Shown: positions 1 through 9,047 of the stretch, piece after piece
How the letters are laid out: each line of letters starts with the position of its first letter
Position numbering within the stretch: the stretch's first letter is position 1
Translations under genes and position numbers: made by a program
NCBI GenBank assembly: GCA_050248855.1
Contig: JBFWRP010000011.1
Location: forward strand, 64,001 to 128,000
Direction: 5' to 3'
DNA length: 64,000 nucleotides
Source: Planctomycetota bacterium
GTDB lineage: Bacteria; Planctomycetota; PLA2; JAEUHO01
Notes under the pieces: generated by a model
What the model was told of the DNA's origin: nothing
Seen by the model: only the letters and a program-made list of their open reading frames with translations
Databases searched by the model: none

Positions 1-170
1 AGAATGCCCGTGGCGTTCTCCAGGAGCTTCTTGTCGTCCTTGGCAGCGCCCACGCCGCACGAGAGGGTGATCTTGCGCAGCTGCGGGCACTGGTGGACGT
101 TGTCGATGCCCAGACGCTCCATGAGGCGCGGCCGGATCTCGTTCTTGTACTGATCGCGAAGGCGGGCCAT
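1..170 (-). CDS. rplE: 50S ribosomal protein L5 (N-terminal part; runs off window edge)
   Basis: Manual translation from ATG at 170: MARLRDQYKNEIRPRLMERLGIDNVHQCPQLRKITLSCGVGAAKDDKKLLENA; follows rplX as in the spc operon. Confidence 0.93.
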   Translation of the reverse strand, partial: MARLRDQYKNEIRPRLMERLGIDNVHQCPQLRKITLSCGVGAAKDDKKLLENATGI

Positions 171-175
171 GGCCG

Positions 176-508
176 CTACTCCTTCTTGCCCGCGCCACCG
201 AGGGTGGCGCCCGACCGACGACCGACACGGATACGACGACCTTCCACGACGCGGACGGCCACGCGCGTGCCGCCCTGGGTCTCCGGGTCGACGGGCATGA
301 CGTTGCTCAGGTGGACCGGCGCCTCCTTGCGGATGCGGCCGCCGTTGGGGTGCTTCGGCGACTTGCGCAGGTGCTTGAAGACGAAGTTGACGCCCTCGAC
401 CACGACCCGCTGCTTCTCGGGGAGCATGCGCAGGACGCGACCGCGCTTGCCGCGATCCTCGCCCGACGTCACGACCACCAGGTCGCCCTTGCGAATGCGC
501 TGGGGCAT
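176..508 (-). CDS. rplX: 50S ribosomal protein L24
   Basis: IRKGDLVVVTSGEDRGKRG (KOW motif), KEAPVHLSNV; position after rplN. Confidence 0.97.
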   Translation of the reverse strand: MPQRIRKGDLVVVTSGEDRGKRGRVLRMLPEKQRVVVEGVNFVFKHLRKSPKHPNGGRIRKEAPVHLSNVMPVDPETQGGTRVAVRVVEGRRIRVGRRSGATLGGAGKKE

Positions 509-876
509 CAGACCACCTCCGAGGCAAGGTTCACGATCTTCGTGAAGCCCTTCTTGCGGAGCTCACGGGCCACGGCGCCGAAGACGCGGGTGCCCTTGGG
601 GCTCTTGTCGTCGTTGATGAGGACGATGGCGTTGCTGTCGAAGCGGACGTAGGTGCCGTCCGAGCGACGATGGGCGTTGCGCGTGCGGACGACGACGCCA
701 CGCACCACGCTGCCGGGCTTGACCGGGCTGCTCGGGATCGCCTTCTTCACGGAGGCCACCACGATGTCCCCGATCTCGGCCGTGGACTTGTTGCCACGGC
801 CCAGGACCTTGATGGCGTGGCAGCGCTTGGCGCCGCTGTTGTCCGCCACGTCGAGCCAGGTACGAAGCTGGATCAT
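508..876 (-). CDS. rplN: 50S ribosomal protein L14
   Basis: [17 protein letters not shown]...[13 protein letters not shown]; real start is ATG at 876 inside ORF 508..1230. Confidence 0.97.
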   Translation of the reverse strand: MIQLRTWLDVADNSGAKRCHAIKVLGRGNKSTAEIGDIVVASVKKAIPSSPVKPGSVVRGVVVRTRNAHRRSDGTYVRFDSNAIVLINDDKSPKGTRVFGAVARELRKKGFTKIVNLASEVV

Positions 877-1181
877 GCCGACTCCATTCCGGCGTCCGGC
901 GAAGCCGTGAGGCGGGCGGTGCGCAGCACGCGCACCAGGCGCCAGCACTTGGTCTTGCTGAGCGGGCGCGACATGGCGATCTCGACGTGGTCGCCGACGC
1001 GGGCCGTGTTCTGCTCGTCGTGGGCCTTGTACGTGGTCTTGCGACGCACGAACTTGCCGTAGAGCGGGTGCTGGACGAGGCGGTCCTCGCGGACCGTGAT
1101 CGTCTTGTCCATCCGGTCGCTGACGACCACGCCCTGGATGACGCGGCGCGCGCCGCGGCTTGCGGTGTTGCCCTGGCTCAT
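873..1181 (-). CDS. rpsQ: 30S ribosomal protein S17
   Basis: [14 protein letters not shown]...HPLYGK...RPLSKTKCW. Confidence 0.97.
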   Translation of the reverse strand: MSQGNTASRGARRVIQGVVVSDRMDKTITVREDRLVQHPLYGKFVRRKTTYKAHDEQNTARVGDHVEIAMSRPLSKTKCWRLVRVLRTARLTASPDAGMESA

Positions 1182-1447
1182 CGCGACCCACCCTTCTTGC
1201 TACCGGACTCCGAAGCGCCCGCGGCCGCACGCACCTGGGCGACCAGAGCGCTGTTCACGCCGAGCTCCTGCTCGCGAAGGATGGTGCGGATGCGGGCAAT
1301 CGTGCGGCGGTTGCGACGCACGAGGCCGCGATCGACCTTCTCCTCGCTCTGACCGCGGAAGCGGTTCTCGAAGATCTCTTCGCGCAGGCGGACGATCTCG
1401 CGCTGGAGATCGGCGGCCTCGCGGCGACGGATGTCACGCGCCCTCAC
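1178..1447 (-). CDS. rpmC: 50S ribosomal protein L29 with C-terminal extension
   Basis: GTG at 1447 overlapping rplP stop (GTGA): [14 protein letters not shown]...[10 protein letters not shown]...[13 protein letters not shown]; canonical position between rplP and rpsQ. Confidence 0.9.
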   Translation of the reverse strand: MRARDIRRREAADLQREIVRLREEIFENRFRGQSEEKVDRGLVRRNRRTIARIRTILREQELGVNSALVAQVRAAAGASESGSKKGGSR

Positions 1448-1860
1448 GACTGGGTCCTCCGGCTCACGAAGCGGCAGCGGACCGGCAGCTTGTGGGCCAC
1501 CTTGTTCAGCGCACGCTTGGCCACGGCCTCGGACACGCCGCCGCCGATCTCGAACAACATGGTTCCGGGACGCACCACGGCGGCCCAGTAGTCCGGCTCG
1601 CCCTTGCCCGTGCCCATCCGCGTCTCCTCGGGCGTCGAGGTCACGGACTTCTGCGGGAAGACGCGGATGTAGACGCGGCCATCGGACGCCGCGCGGACGG
1701 CCGCGACGCGGCCGGCCTCGATGACGTTGGCCGGGATCCAGCCGGCCTGCAGGCACTGCAAGCCGTAGTCGCCGAAGGCGACGGTGGCTCCGCGCGACGC
1801 CGCGCCGGCGATCTTGCCGCGCTGCATCTTGCGCCACTTGACGCGCTTGGGCATCAACAT
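1444..1860 (-). CDS. rplP: 50S ribosomal protein L16
   Basis: MLMPKRVKWRKMQRG...ETRMGTGKG. Confidence 0.97.
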   Translation of the reverse strand: MLMPKRVKWRKMQRGKIAGAASRGATVAFGDYGLQCLQAGWIPANVIEAGRVAAVRAASDGRVYIRVFPQKSVTSTPEETRMGTGKGEPDYWAAVVRPGTMLFEIGGGVSEAVAKRALNKVAHKLPVRCRFVSRRTQS

Positions 1861-1861
1861 G

Positions 1862-2521
1862 TCACATCACCTCGTTGCGACGGGTCGGGTCGGCCTTGGC
1901 CAACGTGCCCTTGTAGATCCAGCACTTGACGCCGATGACGCCGTAGGGGGTACGGGCTTCGGCGGTGCCGTAGTCGATGTCGGCCTTGAGCGTGCTCAGC
2001 GGAATCGAGCCGCTGGACTGCTTCTCGACGCGGGCGATCTCCGCGCCGCCCAGGCGGCCGGCGATGATCAGCTTCACACCGAGCGCGCCGCGCTCCACCG
2101 TGTTCTGGATGGCGCGCTTGAGCGTGCGGCGGTAGGCCGCGCGCTTCATCAGCTGGTCGGCCACGTTCTGGGCCACCAGGGTGGCGTCCAGCTCGGGGCG
2201 GGAGACCTCGATGATGTCCAGGCCGACGCGGCGGCCCGTGAGACCCTCGATCTCCTTCTTGAGCTCCTCGGCCTGGGCGCCCTTGCGACCGATCAGGACG
2301 CCGGGCTTGGCCGTGTGGACGATCACGCGCAGGGCGTCGGCCTTGCGCTCGATCTCCACGCGGGGGATGCCGGCGCCGTAGAAGCGGCGCTTGATGAAGT
2401 CACGGATCTGGCGGTCCTCCTTGAGGAGGCGCGCGAAATCCTTCTTCGGGGCGTACCAGCGGGACCGGTAGTCCAGGTACACGCCGGTGCGGAAGCCGAT
2501 GGGGTGCGTCTTCTGTCCCAC
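1862..2521 (-). CDS. rpsC: 30S ribosomal protein S3
   Basis: MGQKTHPIGFR...GRLGGAEIAR...YGVIGVKCWIY. Confidence 0.97.
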   Translation of the reverse strand: MGQKTHPIGFRTGVYLDYRSRWYAPKKDFARLLKEDRQIRDFIKRRFYGAGIPRVEIERKADALRVIVHTAKPGVLIGRKGAQAEELKKEIEGLTGRRVGLDIIEVSRPELDATLVAQNVADQLMKRAAYRRTLKRAIQNTVERGALGVKLIIAGRLGGAEIARVEKQSSGSIPLSTLKADIDYGTAEARTPYGVIGVKCWIYKGTLAKADPTRRNEVM

Positions 2522-2529
2522 GTATCCTC

Positions 2530-2910
2530 CTAGGCGAGCCGGGTGGCCGGATCGGCCAGGGTGATGGAGATGTGGCTGGTGCGCTTGAGGATCGGGTAGG
2601 CCCGGCCCATGGCGCGCGGCCGCCAGCGGCGACGGCCGTTGAGCAGGCCGGCGCCGTCGATGCGGGCGTCCACCACGACGAGGGCGTTCAAGTCCACGTC
2701 GAGGTCGTTGGAGGCGTTGGCCATCGCGGAGCGGATGACCTTGGTGATCAGGGGCGCCGCACGACGGGGCTCGAACGCCAGGGCGTCCAGCGCCGCGGCG
2801 ACGGGCTTGCCGCGCACCAAGTCGATCACGGGGCGAGCCTTGTAGGGGCTGATCCGCGCGTCGCGGTGCGAGGCCCGGTAGGCCTTGCTGTACTGGTCTG
2901 CGGGGTGCAC
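2530..2910 (-). CDS. rplV: 50S ribosomal protein L22
   Basis: ARISPYKARPVIDLVRGK...RPRAMGRAYPILKRTSHI. Confidence 0.96.
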   Translation of the reverse strand: MHPADQYSKAYRASHRDARISPYKARPVIDLVRGKPVAAALDALAFEPRRAAPLITKVIRSAMANASNDLDVDLNALVVVDARIDGAGLLNGRRRWRPRAMGRAYPILKRTSHISITLADPATRLA

Positions 2911-2920
2911 CTTCGCCTCC

Positions 2921-3190
2921 CTACTTGGGCTTCACGCCCGAGTGGCCACGGAACAGGCGCGTGGGCGCGAACTCGCCCAGCTTGTGCCCGACCATGTCCT
3001 CGGTGACGTAGACCTTCACGAAGGTCTTGCCGTTGTGGACCATGAACGTGTGGCCGACGAACTCGGGAACGATGTCCGAGCGTCGGGCCCACGTCTTGAG
3101 GGACTCCTTGCGACCGGCGTCCTCGAGACGCAGGACGCGCTCGAGCAGACGCTCGTCGACGTACGGGCCCTTCTTCAGGCTGCGGCTCAT
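2921..3190 (-). CDS. rpsS: 30S ribosomal protein S19
   Basis: [12 protein letters not shown]...[13 protein letters not shown]. Confidence 0.97.
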   Translation of the reverse strand: MSRSLKKGPYVDERLLERVLRLEDAGRKESLKTWARRSDIVPEFVGHTFMVHNGKTFVKVYVTEDMVGHKLGEFAPTRLFRGHSGVKPK

Positions 3191-3205
3191 CGCTCGCGTC
3201 CTCCC

Positions 3206-4054
3206 TTACTTCCCGACCTGCTTGCCGCGCTTGCGGCCGCGGACGATCATGCGGTTGCTCTGCTTGCGCGGCTTGCGGGTGTTGCCGCCCTTGGCGAGCT
3301 TGCCCCACGGCGACACCGGGTGGCGACCACCGGCCCGGCGACCCTCGCCGCCGCCCATCGGGTGCGACACCGGGTTCATGGCCGAGCCACGCACCTTCGG
3401 TCGCTTGCCGAGGTAGCGGTTGCGGCCGGCCTTCCCGATCTTCATCAGGCTGTAGTCGATGTTGCCCACCTGGCCCACCGTGGCGCGGCAGCCGATGTGC
3501 ACCTTGCGCATCTCGCCGCTGGGCAGCGTGAGCAGCGCGTACGAACCTTCACGGGCGCTCAGCACGGCCTGCGTGCCCGCGCTGCGGCAGAGCTGCGCGC
3601 CGCGACCCGGCACCAGCTCGATGGCGTGGACCATCAGGCCGACGGGGATGTTGCGCAGCGGCATGTTGTTGCCGGGCTTGGGCTCTGCCGAGGGCCCGTT
3701 GTGGACCGTGGCGCCGACCTCGACGCCGTGGACCGCCAGCACGTAGCGCTTCTCGCCGTCGGCGTAGTGCAGGAGGTGCAGGCGGGCGTTGCGGTTGGGG
3801 TCGTACTCGAGCGCCGCGACACGGGCCGGGACGCCGTCCTTGTCGAAGCGGCGGAAGTCGACGAACCGGTAGAGGCGCTTGTGGCCTCCCCCGCGGCGAC
3901 GCACCGTCATGCGGCCGGCGTTGTTGCGGCCGCCGGACTTGCGCGCTCCCGTCACGAGACGCTTCTCGGGCGCCTTGCGCGTGAGGTCGCTGGTGTCCAC
4001 GTACGAGAGGCCGCGCTGGCCGTTCGTGATGGGCTTGACCCTACGGATGGGCAT
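3206..4054 (-). CDS. rplB: 50S ribosomal protein L2
   Basis: Start ATG 4054 ([15 protein letters not shown]); [35 protein letters not shown]. Confidence 0.97.
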   Translation of the reverse strand: MPIRRVKPITNGQRGLSYVDTSDLTRKAPEKRLVTGARKSGGRNNAGRMTVRRRGGGHKRLYRFVDFRRFDKDGVPARVAALEYDPNRNARLHLLHYADGEKRYVLAVHGVEVGATVHNGPSAEPKPGNNMPLRNIPVGLMVHAIELVPGRGAQLCRSAGTQAVLSAREGSYALLTLPSGEMRKVHIGCRATVGQVGNIDYSLMKIGKAGRNRYLGKRPKVRGSAMNPVSHPMGGGEGRRAGGRHPVSPWGKLAKGGNTRKPRKQSNRMIVRGRKRGKQVGK

Positions 4055-4107
4055 GACGTGCTCCTCGCCGCCGCCGGGAGCACGTGGCTCCACGGCGACG
4101 TGCGCGA

Positions 4108-4458
4108 TCAGTAGAACTCGATGCTGTCGCCGGCCTTGACCTTGACGACGGCACGCTTCCAGGGACTGGTCCGGCCGAAGCTGCGCCCCATGCGCCGGAA
4201 CTTGCCCAGCTGGCGGGACGTACGGACGCCGGTCACCGAGACACGGAACAGGCGCTGGATCGCGTCGCGGATCTGCACCTTGTTCGCGTTCTCCGCGACC
4301 TTGAACGTGTAGGCGTTCTCCTTCTCGGCGAGACGGAGCGTCTTCTCCGTGACGACGGGACGGAGGACGATGTCCTGCGGCACGCGGCCGGAGACGAGCG
4401 GGGCGGCCTCGGCCGCGCCGGCGTCCTTCTTGGCCTTCTTGGCGGTCGCGTCGCTCAC
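4108..4458 (-). CDS. rplW: 50S ribosomal protein L23 (short N-terminal extension)
   Basis: [11 protein letters not shown]...YTFKV...[14 protein letters not shown]...WKRAVV. Confidence 0.95.
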   Translation of the reverse strand: MSDATAKKAKKDAGAAEAAPLVSGRVPQDIVLRPVVTEKTLRLAEKENAYTFKVAENANKVQIRDAIQRLFRVSVTGVRTSRQLGKFRRMGRSFGRTSPWKRAVVKVKAGDSIEFY

Positions 4459-5102
4459 GCGTCACCTCCCTCGGCACCACCGAGGCCCAAGCGCGTGCGG
4501 AGCGCGTCGAGCGCGCCGTCAAGCAGCACCAAGGAGCGGTGGTAGGCCACGTCGTAGGCACTGATCTCGGCGGCCGGCAGCGCGCGGACGCGCGGCAGGT
4601 TGCGCACGGAGAGCAGCAGGTTCTGGTCGACGACGCCCGGGGCGACGACGAGGGCGCTGCCCTCGGCGCCCAGCGCCTTGAGGGCCTGGTAGGCGCCCTT
4701 CGTGCTGGGGGCGGTGAAGGAGGCACCGCTCCAGCCCACCACGCTCCCCGAGGCCATCTTGCCGGCCAGCGCGACCTGCAAGGCGCGACGCTTGGCCTTG
4801 CGGGGCATCGACCAGCCGAAGTCGCGCGGGTGCGGGCCATGGGCCACGCCGCCGCCGCGGAAGGAGGGCGCCTTGCGGTCGCCGTGACGCGCACCGCCCG
4901 AACCCTTCTGGCGCAGGAACTTCTTGCTGGTGCCGTTGACGAAGCGGCGGGTCAGGGTGTTGACGGTGCCCTGACGACGGTTGGCCTCGTACATCTGCAC
5001 GGCTTCGCGCAGGACGGCCGGCCGGAGGCGCTCACCGAAGACGGCGGTGTCCACCGCGGTCTCCCGGACGGCCCCGTTCGAGAAGGTCTTGATCGACGAC
5101 AT
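4455..5102 (-). CDS. rplD: 50S ribosomal protein L4
   Basis: RRQGT...[11 protein letters not shown]...[14 protein letters not shown]. Confidence 0.96.
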   Translation of the reverse strand: MSSIKTFSNGAVRETAVDTAVFGERLRPAVLREAVQMYEANRRQGTVNTLTRRFVNGTSKKFLRQKGSGGARHGDRKAPSFRGGGVAHGPHPRDFGWSMPRKAKRRALQVALAGKMASGSVVGWSGASFTAPSTKGAYQALKALGAEGSALVVAPGVVDQNLLLSVRNLPRVRALPAAEISAYDVAYHRSLVLLDGALDALRTRLGLGGAEGGDA

Positions 5103-5158
5103 GACGCGTGTCGCTCCTCTGCCGCTTCACGCGGCGCGCGGCGTCCCGCGGGACGGGG

Positions 5159-5470
5159 TCACACCTTGATGCGGATGTCCACGCCGGCCGGCAGGTTGAG
5201 CTTGCTGATGCTGTCCACCGTCTTCGGGCTGTAGTCCGAGATGAAGAGGATCCGCTTGTGCGTGCGGATCTCGAACTGCTCACGGGACTTCTTGTCGATG
5301 TGCGGCGAACGCAACACCGTGTAGCGCTCTACGCGCGTGGGGAGCGGGACGGGACCCTGCACGCGCGCACCTGTGCGCTTGGCAGTGTCCACGAGCTCGA
5401 GGGCGCTCTTGTCGAGCGCCTCGTGGTCGTAGGACTCCATGCGGATCTTGATCTTGCTGGGGGTGCTCAT
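5159..5470 (-). CDS. rpsJ: 30S ribosomal protein S10
   Basis: Start ATG 5470; [11 protein letters not shown]...GPVPLPT...[20 protein letters not shown]. Confidence 0.97.
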   Translation of the reverse strand: MSTPSKIKIRMESYDHEALDKSALELVDTAKRTGARVQGPVPLPTRVERYTVLRSPHIDKKSREQFEIRTHKRILFISDYSPKTVDSISKLNLPAGVDIRIKV

Positions 5471-5986
5471 CGGCGTGGTCCGTCGTCCGGTCGTCGTGGG
5501 AAGCGGTCGCGAGCCTGGTCGCGCGCGTCGGCGCGCGAAGTGCGGGCGTCCTCTTCGTCCACGTCGGGTTCGCGCGTCGGCGGCACGTCGCACACGACGA
5601 CGGGCCCACGACGCGCGGTCATTCCCCGCCCCGGCCTGCACGCGCTCCCGGAAGAACGCGCACCGACCGCCGGCGCGGACCGGTCCGCGAGGACCAGCCC
5701 GTCCGGCATCCCGAAGGTCTGCCCCCGACCGAACCACCTCTGACCGAGGCGACAGGTCGTTCCGGGGCACGCGACGGGATCGCGGCGGGGAAGCGGGCGA
5801 AGGTACGCCGACGGGGCTCGAGCGACGAGGGGATTGCGACCCCTTCCCGCTCGACACCGCAGATTCCTCGCCCCCCACCGGGCCGCAGGCCCTGAGCGGA
5901 GTCGTGGGCCGCAGGGCCCAAGCGGAGCCGGGAGCCTGCGGCTGCCAGCGCAGTCCAACGGGCCAGCCTCCCCCCCGCTGCCCGAC

Positions 5987-8056
5987 TCAGTCCTCCAAGG
6001 TCAGCCGCCTGCGGTCCTCCGGCGACACCTCGACGTACCCGGCCGGCTCCATGCTGTAGCTGGCCCGGCCCTGGCTGAGGCTGCGGACGGCGGTGCTGTA
6101 GCCGAACATCTGGCTCAGGGCCACCTCCCCCCTCAGGACCCGCATCTCGCCCCGGACGTCGTCGCCCGTGAGCATGGCCCTGCGGCGGATCAAGTCCGAG
6201 GAAACCGGCCCCACGAACTCGGGGGGCGTCGTGACCTCGATGGCCATGACGGGCTCGAGGAGCACGAGGCCGCCGGCGTGGGCGGCCTCCCGGAAGGCCT
6301 CGCCCGCGGCGGCCTGGAAGGCGACCTCCGTGCCCTGGACCTCGTCCGCCTTGGCGCCCGTGACCCGGATCGCAACGTCCACGACGGGGAAACCCAGGTC
6401 CAGCCCCCCCTCGGCCGCGAAGCGGATGCCCTCGACGGCGGCCGTGACGAGCAAGGGGGCCAGGGCGCCGGCGGGCAGCTCGGATGTGACCACCACGCCG
6501 GCTCCAGCCTCGCCCGGCGCCACGGCCACCTCGACCTCGGCCCATTGCGGGGCGCCGGCAATCACCCGCTCGAAGCGGTGCCGGGCCTTGCCAGGCCCGC
6601 GGACGGTCTGGCGGTAGGAGACGCGGGGCGCCCCGACATTGGCCTCGACCTTGAAGTCGCGCGTCAGGCGGTTCTTGAGCACCTCCAGGTGCAGCTCCCC
6701 CATGCCCGCGATGATCGTCTGGCCCGTCTCGGGGTCCTGGCGCACGCGGAAGGTCGGGTCTTCGCGGGCCAGGCGACCCAGCGCCTCTTCCATCCTGTCC
6801 CGGTCCGCGGTGCTCCGGGGCTCGATGGCCATGCTGATCACCGGCTCGGGAAAGTGGATCGACTCGAGCGCGATCGGGTGGTCCTTGTCACAGAGGGTGT
6901 CGCCGGTGGCGGTCTCCTTGAGCCCGACCAGGGCCACGATCTCCCCGGCCGAGGCTTCCTGCAGGGCTTCCTTCTCGTCGGCGTGCATGCGCAGCACGCG
7001 GCCCGGCCGCTCATGGCGCCTGAGGCGCGGGTTGTAGACACCCTTGCCCGGCTTGAGCGTGCCCGAGTAGATGCGGACGAACGTCAGGTCGCCATGCGCG
7101 TCCGTGATGATCTTGAAGGCCAGCGCGCAGAGCGGGCCCGCAGGGTCCGGCTCCCGCTTCACGACCACCCCGGGCGCGTCCGGCTGGTGGCCGGCCACGG
7201 CGCCGACGTCGAGGGGACTGGGCAGGTAGGCGCAGATCGCGTCGAGCAGTGGTTGGATGCCCGCGTTCCTGAGGGCGGCGCCGGCGAGCACGGGAAACAG
7301 GCGGGCCCCGAGCACGGCCTTGCGCAGCGCGGGCACGAGCACGTCCGCCGCGACGTCCCCCCCCTCGAGGAAGCGCTCGGCCACCGCATCGGAAACGTCA
7401 GCCAGGCCCTCGACCAGCTCGGCCCGACGCAGCTCCATCTCGTCCTGCAGCTCGGCGGGCACGGGCTGGCGGGTGACCACGGTGCCCTGCTCGCCGCCGA
7501 ACGTGACCAGCTCGCGGCGGATCAGGTCGACGATGCCCTGGAACTCGTTGCCGCGCCCGACGGGCACGGTCAACGGCACGACCGTGGCCCCGAGCCGCTC
7601 GCGGATGGAGGCAACGGACGCGTCGAAGTCGGCACCAGCGCGGTCCATCTTGTTGACGAAGCAGAGTCGCGGAACGCGGTAGCGCTCGGCTTGGTGCCAG
7701 ACGGTCTCGGACTGCGCCTCGACGCCGTGCACGGCGTCGAACACCACCACGGCGCCATCGAGCACGCGCAGCGAGCGCTCCACTTCGGCGGTGAAGTCGA
7801 CGTGGCCGGGTGTGTCGATCAGGTTGAGCACGTGGTCGGTCCACGTGATCGTCGTGGCCGCCGCGGTGATCGTGATGCCGCGCTGCTGCTCTTCCTCGAG
7901 GTAGTCCATCTTGGCCGCGCCCTCGTGGACCTCCCCGATGGCGTGCTCCTTGCCCGTGTAGTAGAGGATCCGCTCGCTGACGGTCGTCTTGCCCGCGTCG
8001 ATGTGGGCGCAGATGCCGAAGTTGCGAACGCGCTCGAGCGCGGCTGGCGGTTCCAT
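5987..8056 (-). CDS. fusA: Elongation factor G (divergent, EF-G2-like domain IV)
   Basis: AHIDAGKTT, RGITI, DTPGHVDF, NKMD, GMGELHL, LLEPVM; GGGAGG RBS upstream. Confidence 0.93.
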   Translation of the reverse strand: MEPPAALERVRNFGICAHIDAGKTTVSERILYYTGKEHAIGEVHEGAAKMDYLEEEQQRGITITAAATTITWTDHVLNLIDTPGHVDFTAEVERSLRVLDGAVVVFDAVHGVEAQSETVWHQAERYRVPRLCFVNKMDRAGADFDASVASIRERLGATVVPLTVPVGRGNEFQGIVDLIRRELVTFGGEQGTVVTRQPVPAELQDEMELRRAELVEGLADVSDAVAERFLEGGDVAADVLVPALRKAVLGARLFPVLAGAALRNAGIQPLLDAICAYLPSPLDVGAVAGHQPDAPGVVVKREPDPAGPLCALAFKIITDAHGDLTFVRIYSGTLKPGKGVYNPRLRRHERPGRVLRMHADEKEALQEASAGEIVALVGLKETATGDTLCDKDHPIALESIHFPEPVISMAIEPRSTADRDRMEEALGRLAREDPTFRVRQDPETGQTIIAGMGELHLEVLKNRLTRDFKVEANVGAPRVSYRQTVRGPGKARHRFERVIAGAPQWAEVEVAVAPGEAGAGVVVTSELPAGALAPLLVTAAVEGIRFAAEGGLDLGFPVVDVAIRVTGAKADEVQGTEVAFQAAAGEAFREAAHAGGLVLLEPVMAIEVTTPPEFVGPVSSDLIRRRAMLTGDDVRGEMRVLRGEVALSQMFGYSTAVRSLSQGRASYSMEPAGYVEVSPEDRRRLTLED

Positions 8057-8132
8057 CGGGGCCTCCCAGGAGATGGGCGGATGCTACCGGGCCTGGGCGC
8101 CCACGTGCCTACGCGCAGAGGTGTCTGGACCC

Positions 8133-8409
8133 CCGTGAGGGGTGCAGGGGGGACCGTGAGAGGTGCAGGAGGGACCGTGAGAGGTGCAGGAGGGGTACGG
8201 AATAGCCCTCCTGCCGCGAGGGCGTAGCCCGAGCGCCGAGTCCGCGCGGGAGCGCGGAACAACTGCTCTGCGGCGTTCCGAGCAAGTTCCTCCCTGCGCG
8301 GGCGAAAGATGGCGGAACACCGTGAGAGGTGCAGGAGGGGTACGGAATAGCCCTCCTGCCGCGAGGGCGTAGCCCGAGCGCCGAGTCCGCGCGGGAGCGC
8401 GGAACGATC
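8133..8409. repeat. Structured intergenic repeat family A, locus 1 (three 21-bp CCGTGAGRGGTGCAGGRGGG units leading into two ~86-bp multi-hairpin cores)
   Basis: Core GCAGGAGGG..CCCTCCTGC / GGGCGTAGCCC / CCGCGC-GGGA-GCGCGG at 8175-8260 and 8320-8405; near-identical element at 58951-59201 and a variant at 12299-12385. Confidence 0.9.
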
Positions 8410-8461
8410 CTGCGCGCGCTCTACTTGAGTCGGTTCGCGGTGTGCGACGTTCGCTGGGCAT

Positions 8462-9047
8462 CGAACCGCGACCCCTGCGTGTCAGGCACCTTGCCCACGT
8501 TGCCGCTGCGCGGCGCCGCGGCAAGGGTCCTGACACATCCGGGTTCGCTCTGACACGCAAGTGCGCCGCCGGCGAACCGCGACCCCGGCGTGTCAGGCAC
8601 CTTGCCCACGTTGCCGCTACGCGGCGCCGCGGCAAGGGTCCTGACACATCCGGGGTCGCGAGGCGCGCGGAGGTGTCTGAACCTGTGCCTCGGAGCGATA
8701 GCGACGGTGGCACGGTGTCAGACACCGAAGTGCGACGTTCGCTGGCCGGCGAACCGCGACCCCTGCGTGTCAGGCACCTTGCCCACGTTGCCGCTGCGCG
8801 GCGCCGCGGCAAGGGTCCTGACACATCCGGGGTCGCGACATTCGCTCGCCGTCGACCGCGACCCCTGCGTGTCAGTTCTTCATGCCGACGGCAAAGCCCG
8901 TACGCGTCTCGATGCGCGCGGCACCCCCTCCCATGGAAGCGTGGCTGTCCTGTCCGAGCCCGGAGTTCAGGCACCTTCCATTGCAGGCACCTTGCCCACG
9001 TTGCCGCTACGCGGCGCGCGGCAAGGGTCCTGACGAATCCGGGGTCA
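8462..9047. repeat. REP/BIME-like array of ~87-bp imperfect palindromes (family B)
   Basis: Full copies at ~8462-8548, 8573-8660, 8750-8838; partial copies at ~8853-8875 and ~8985-9047. Each folds CGCGACCCC..TGTCAGG..ACCTTGCC / GGCAAGGGT..CCTGACA..GGGGTCGCG. Confidence 0.88.

Noticed and set aside
5471..5986. Structured leader RNA or hidden rplC remnant upstream of rpsJ
   Set aside because: GC-rich hairpins are present, but I could not recognise any L3-like peptide or known leader motif by eye
8084..8974. 296-aa ORF and other ORFs over the repeat mosaic
   Set aside because: Translations simply mirror the DNA repeats, are Arg-rich and show no protein motif
8462..9047. Possible CRISPR array
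   Set aside because: Units are ~87 bp, spacers are irregular (about 14-110 bp) and partly palindromic or repeated, and there are no cas genes in the window
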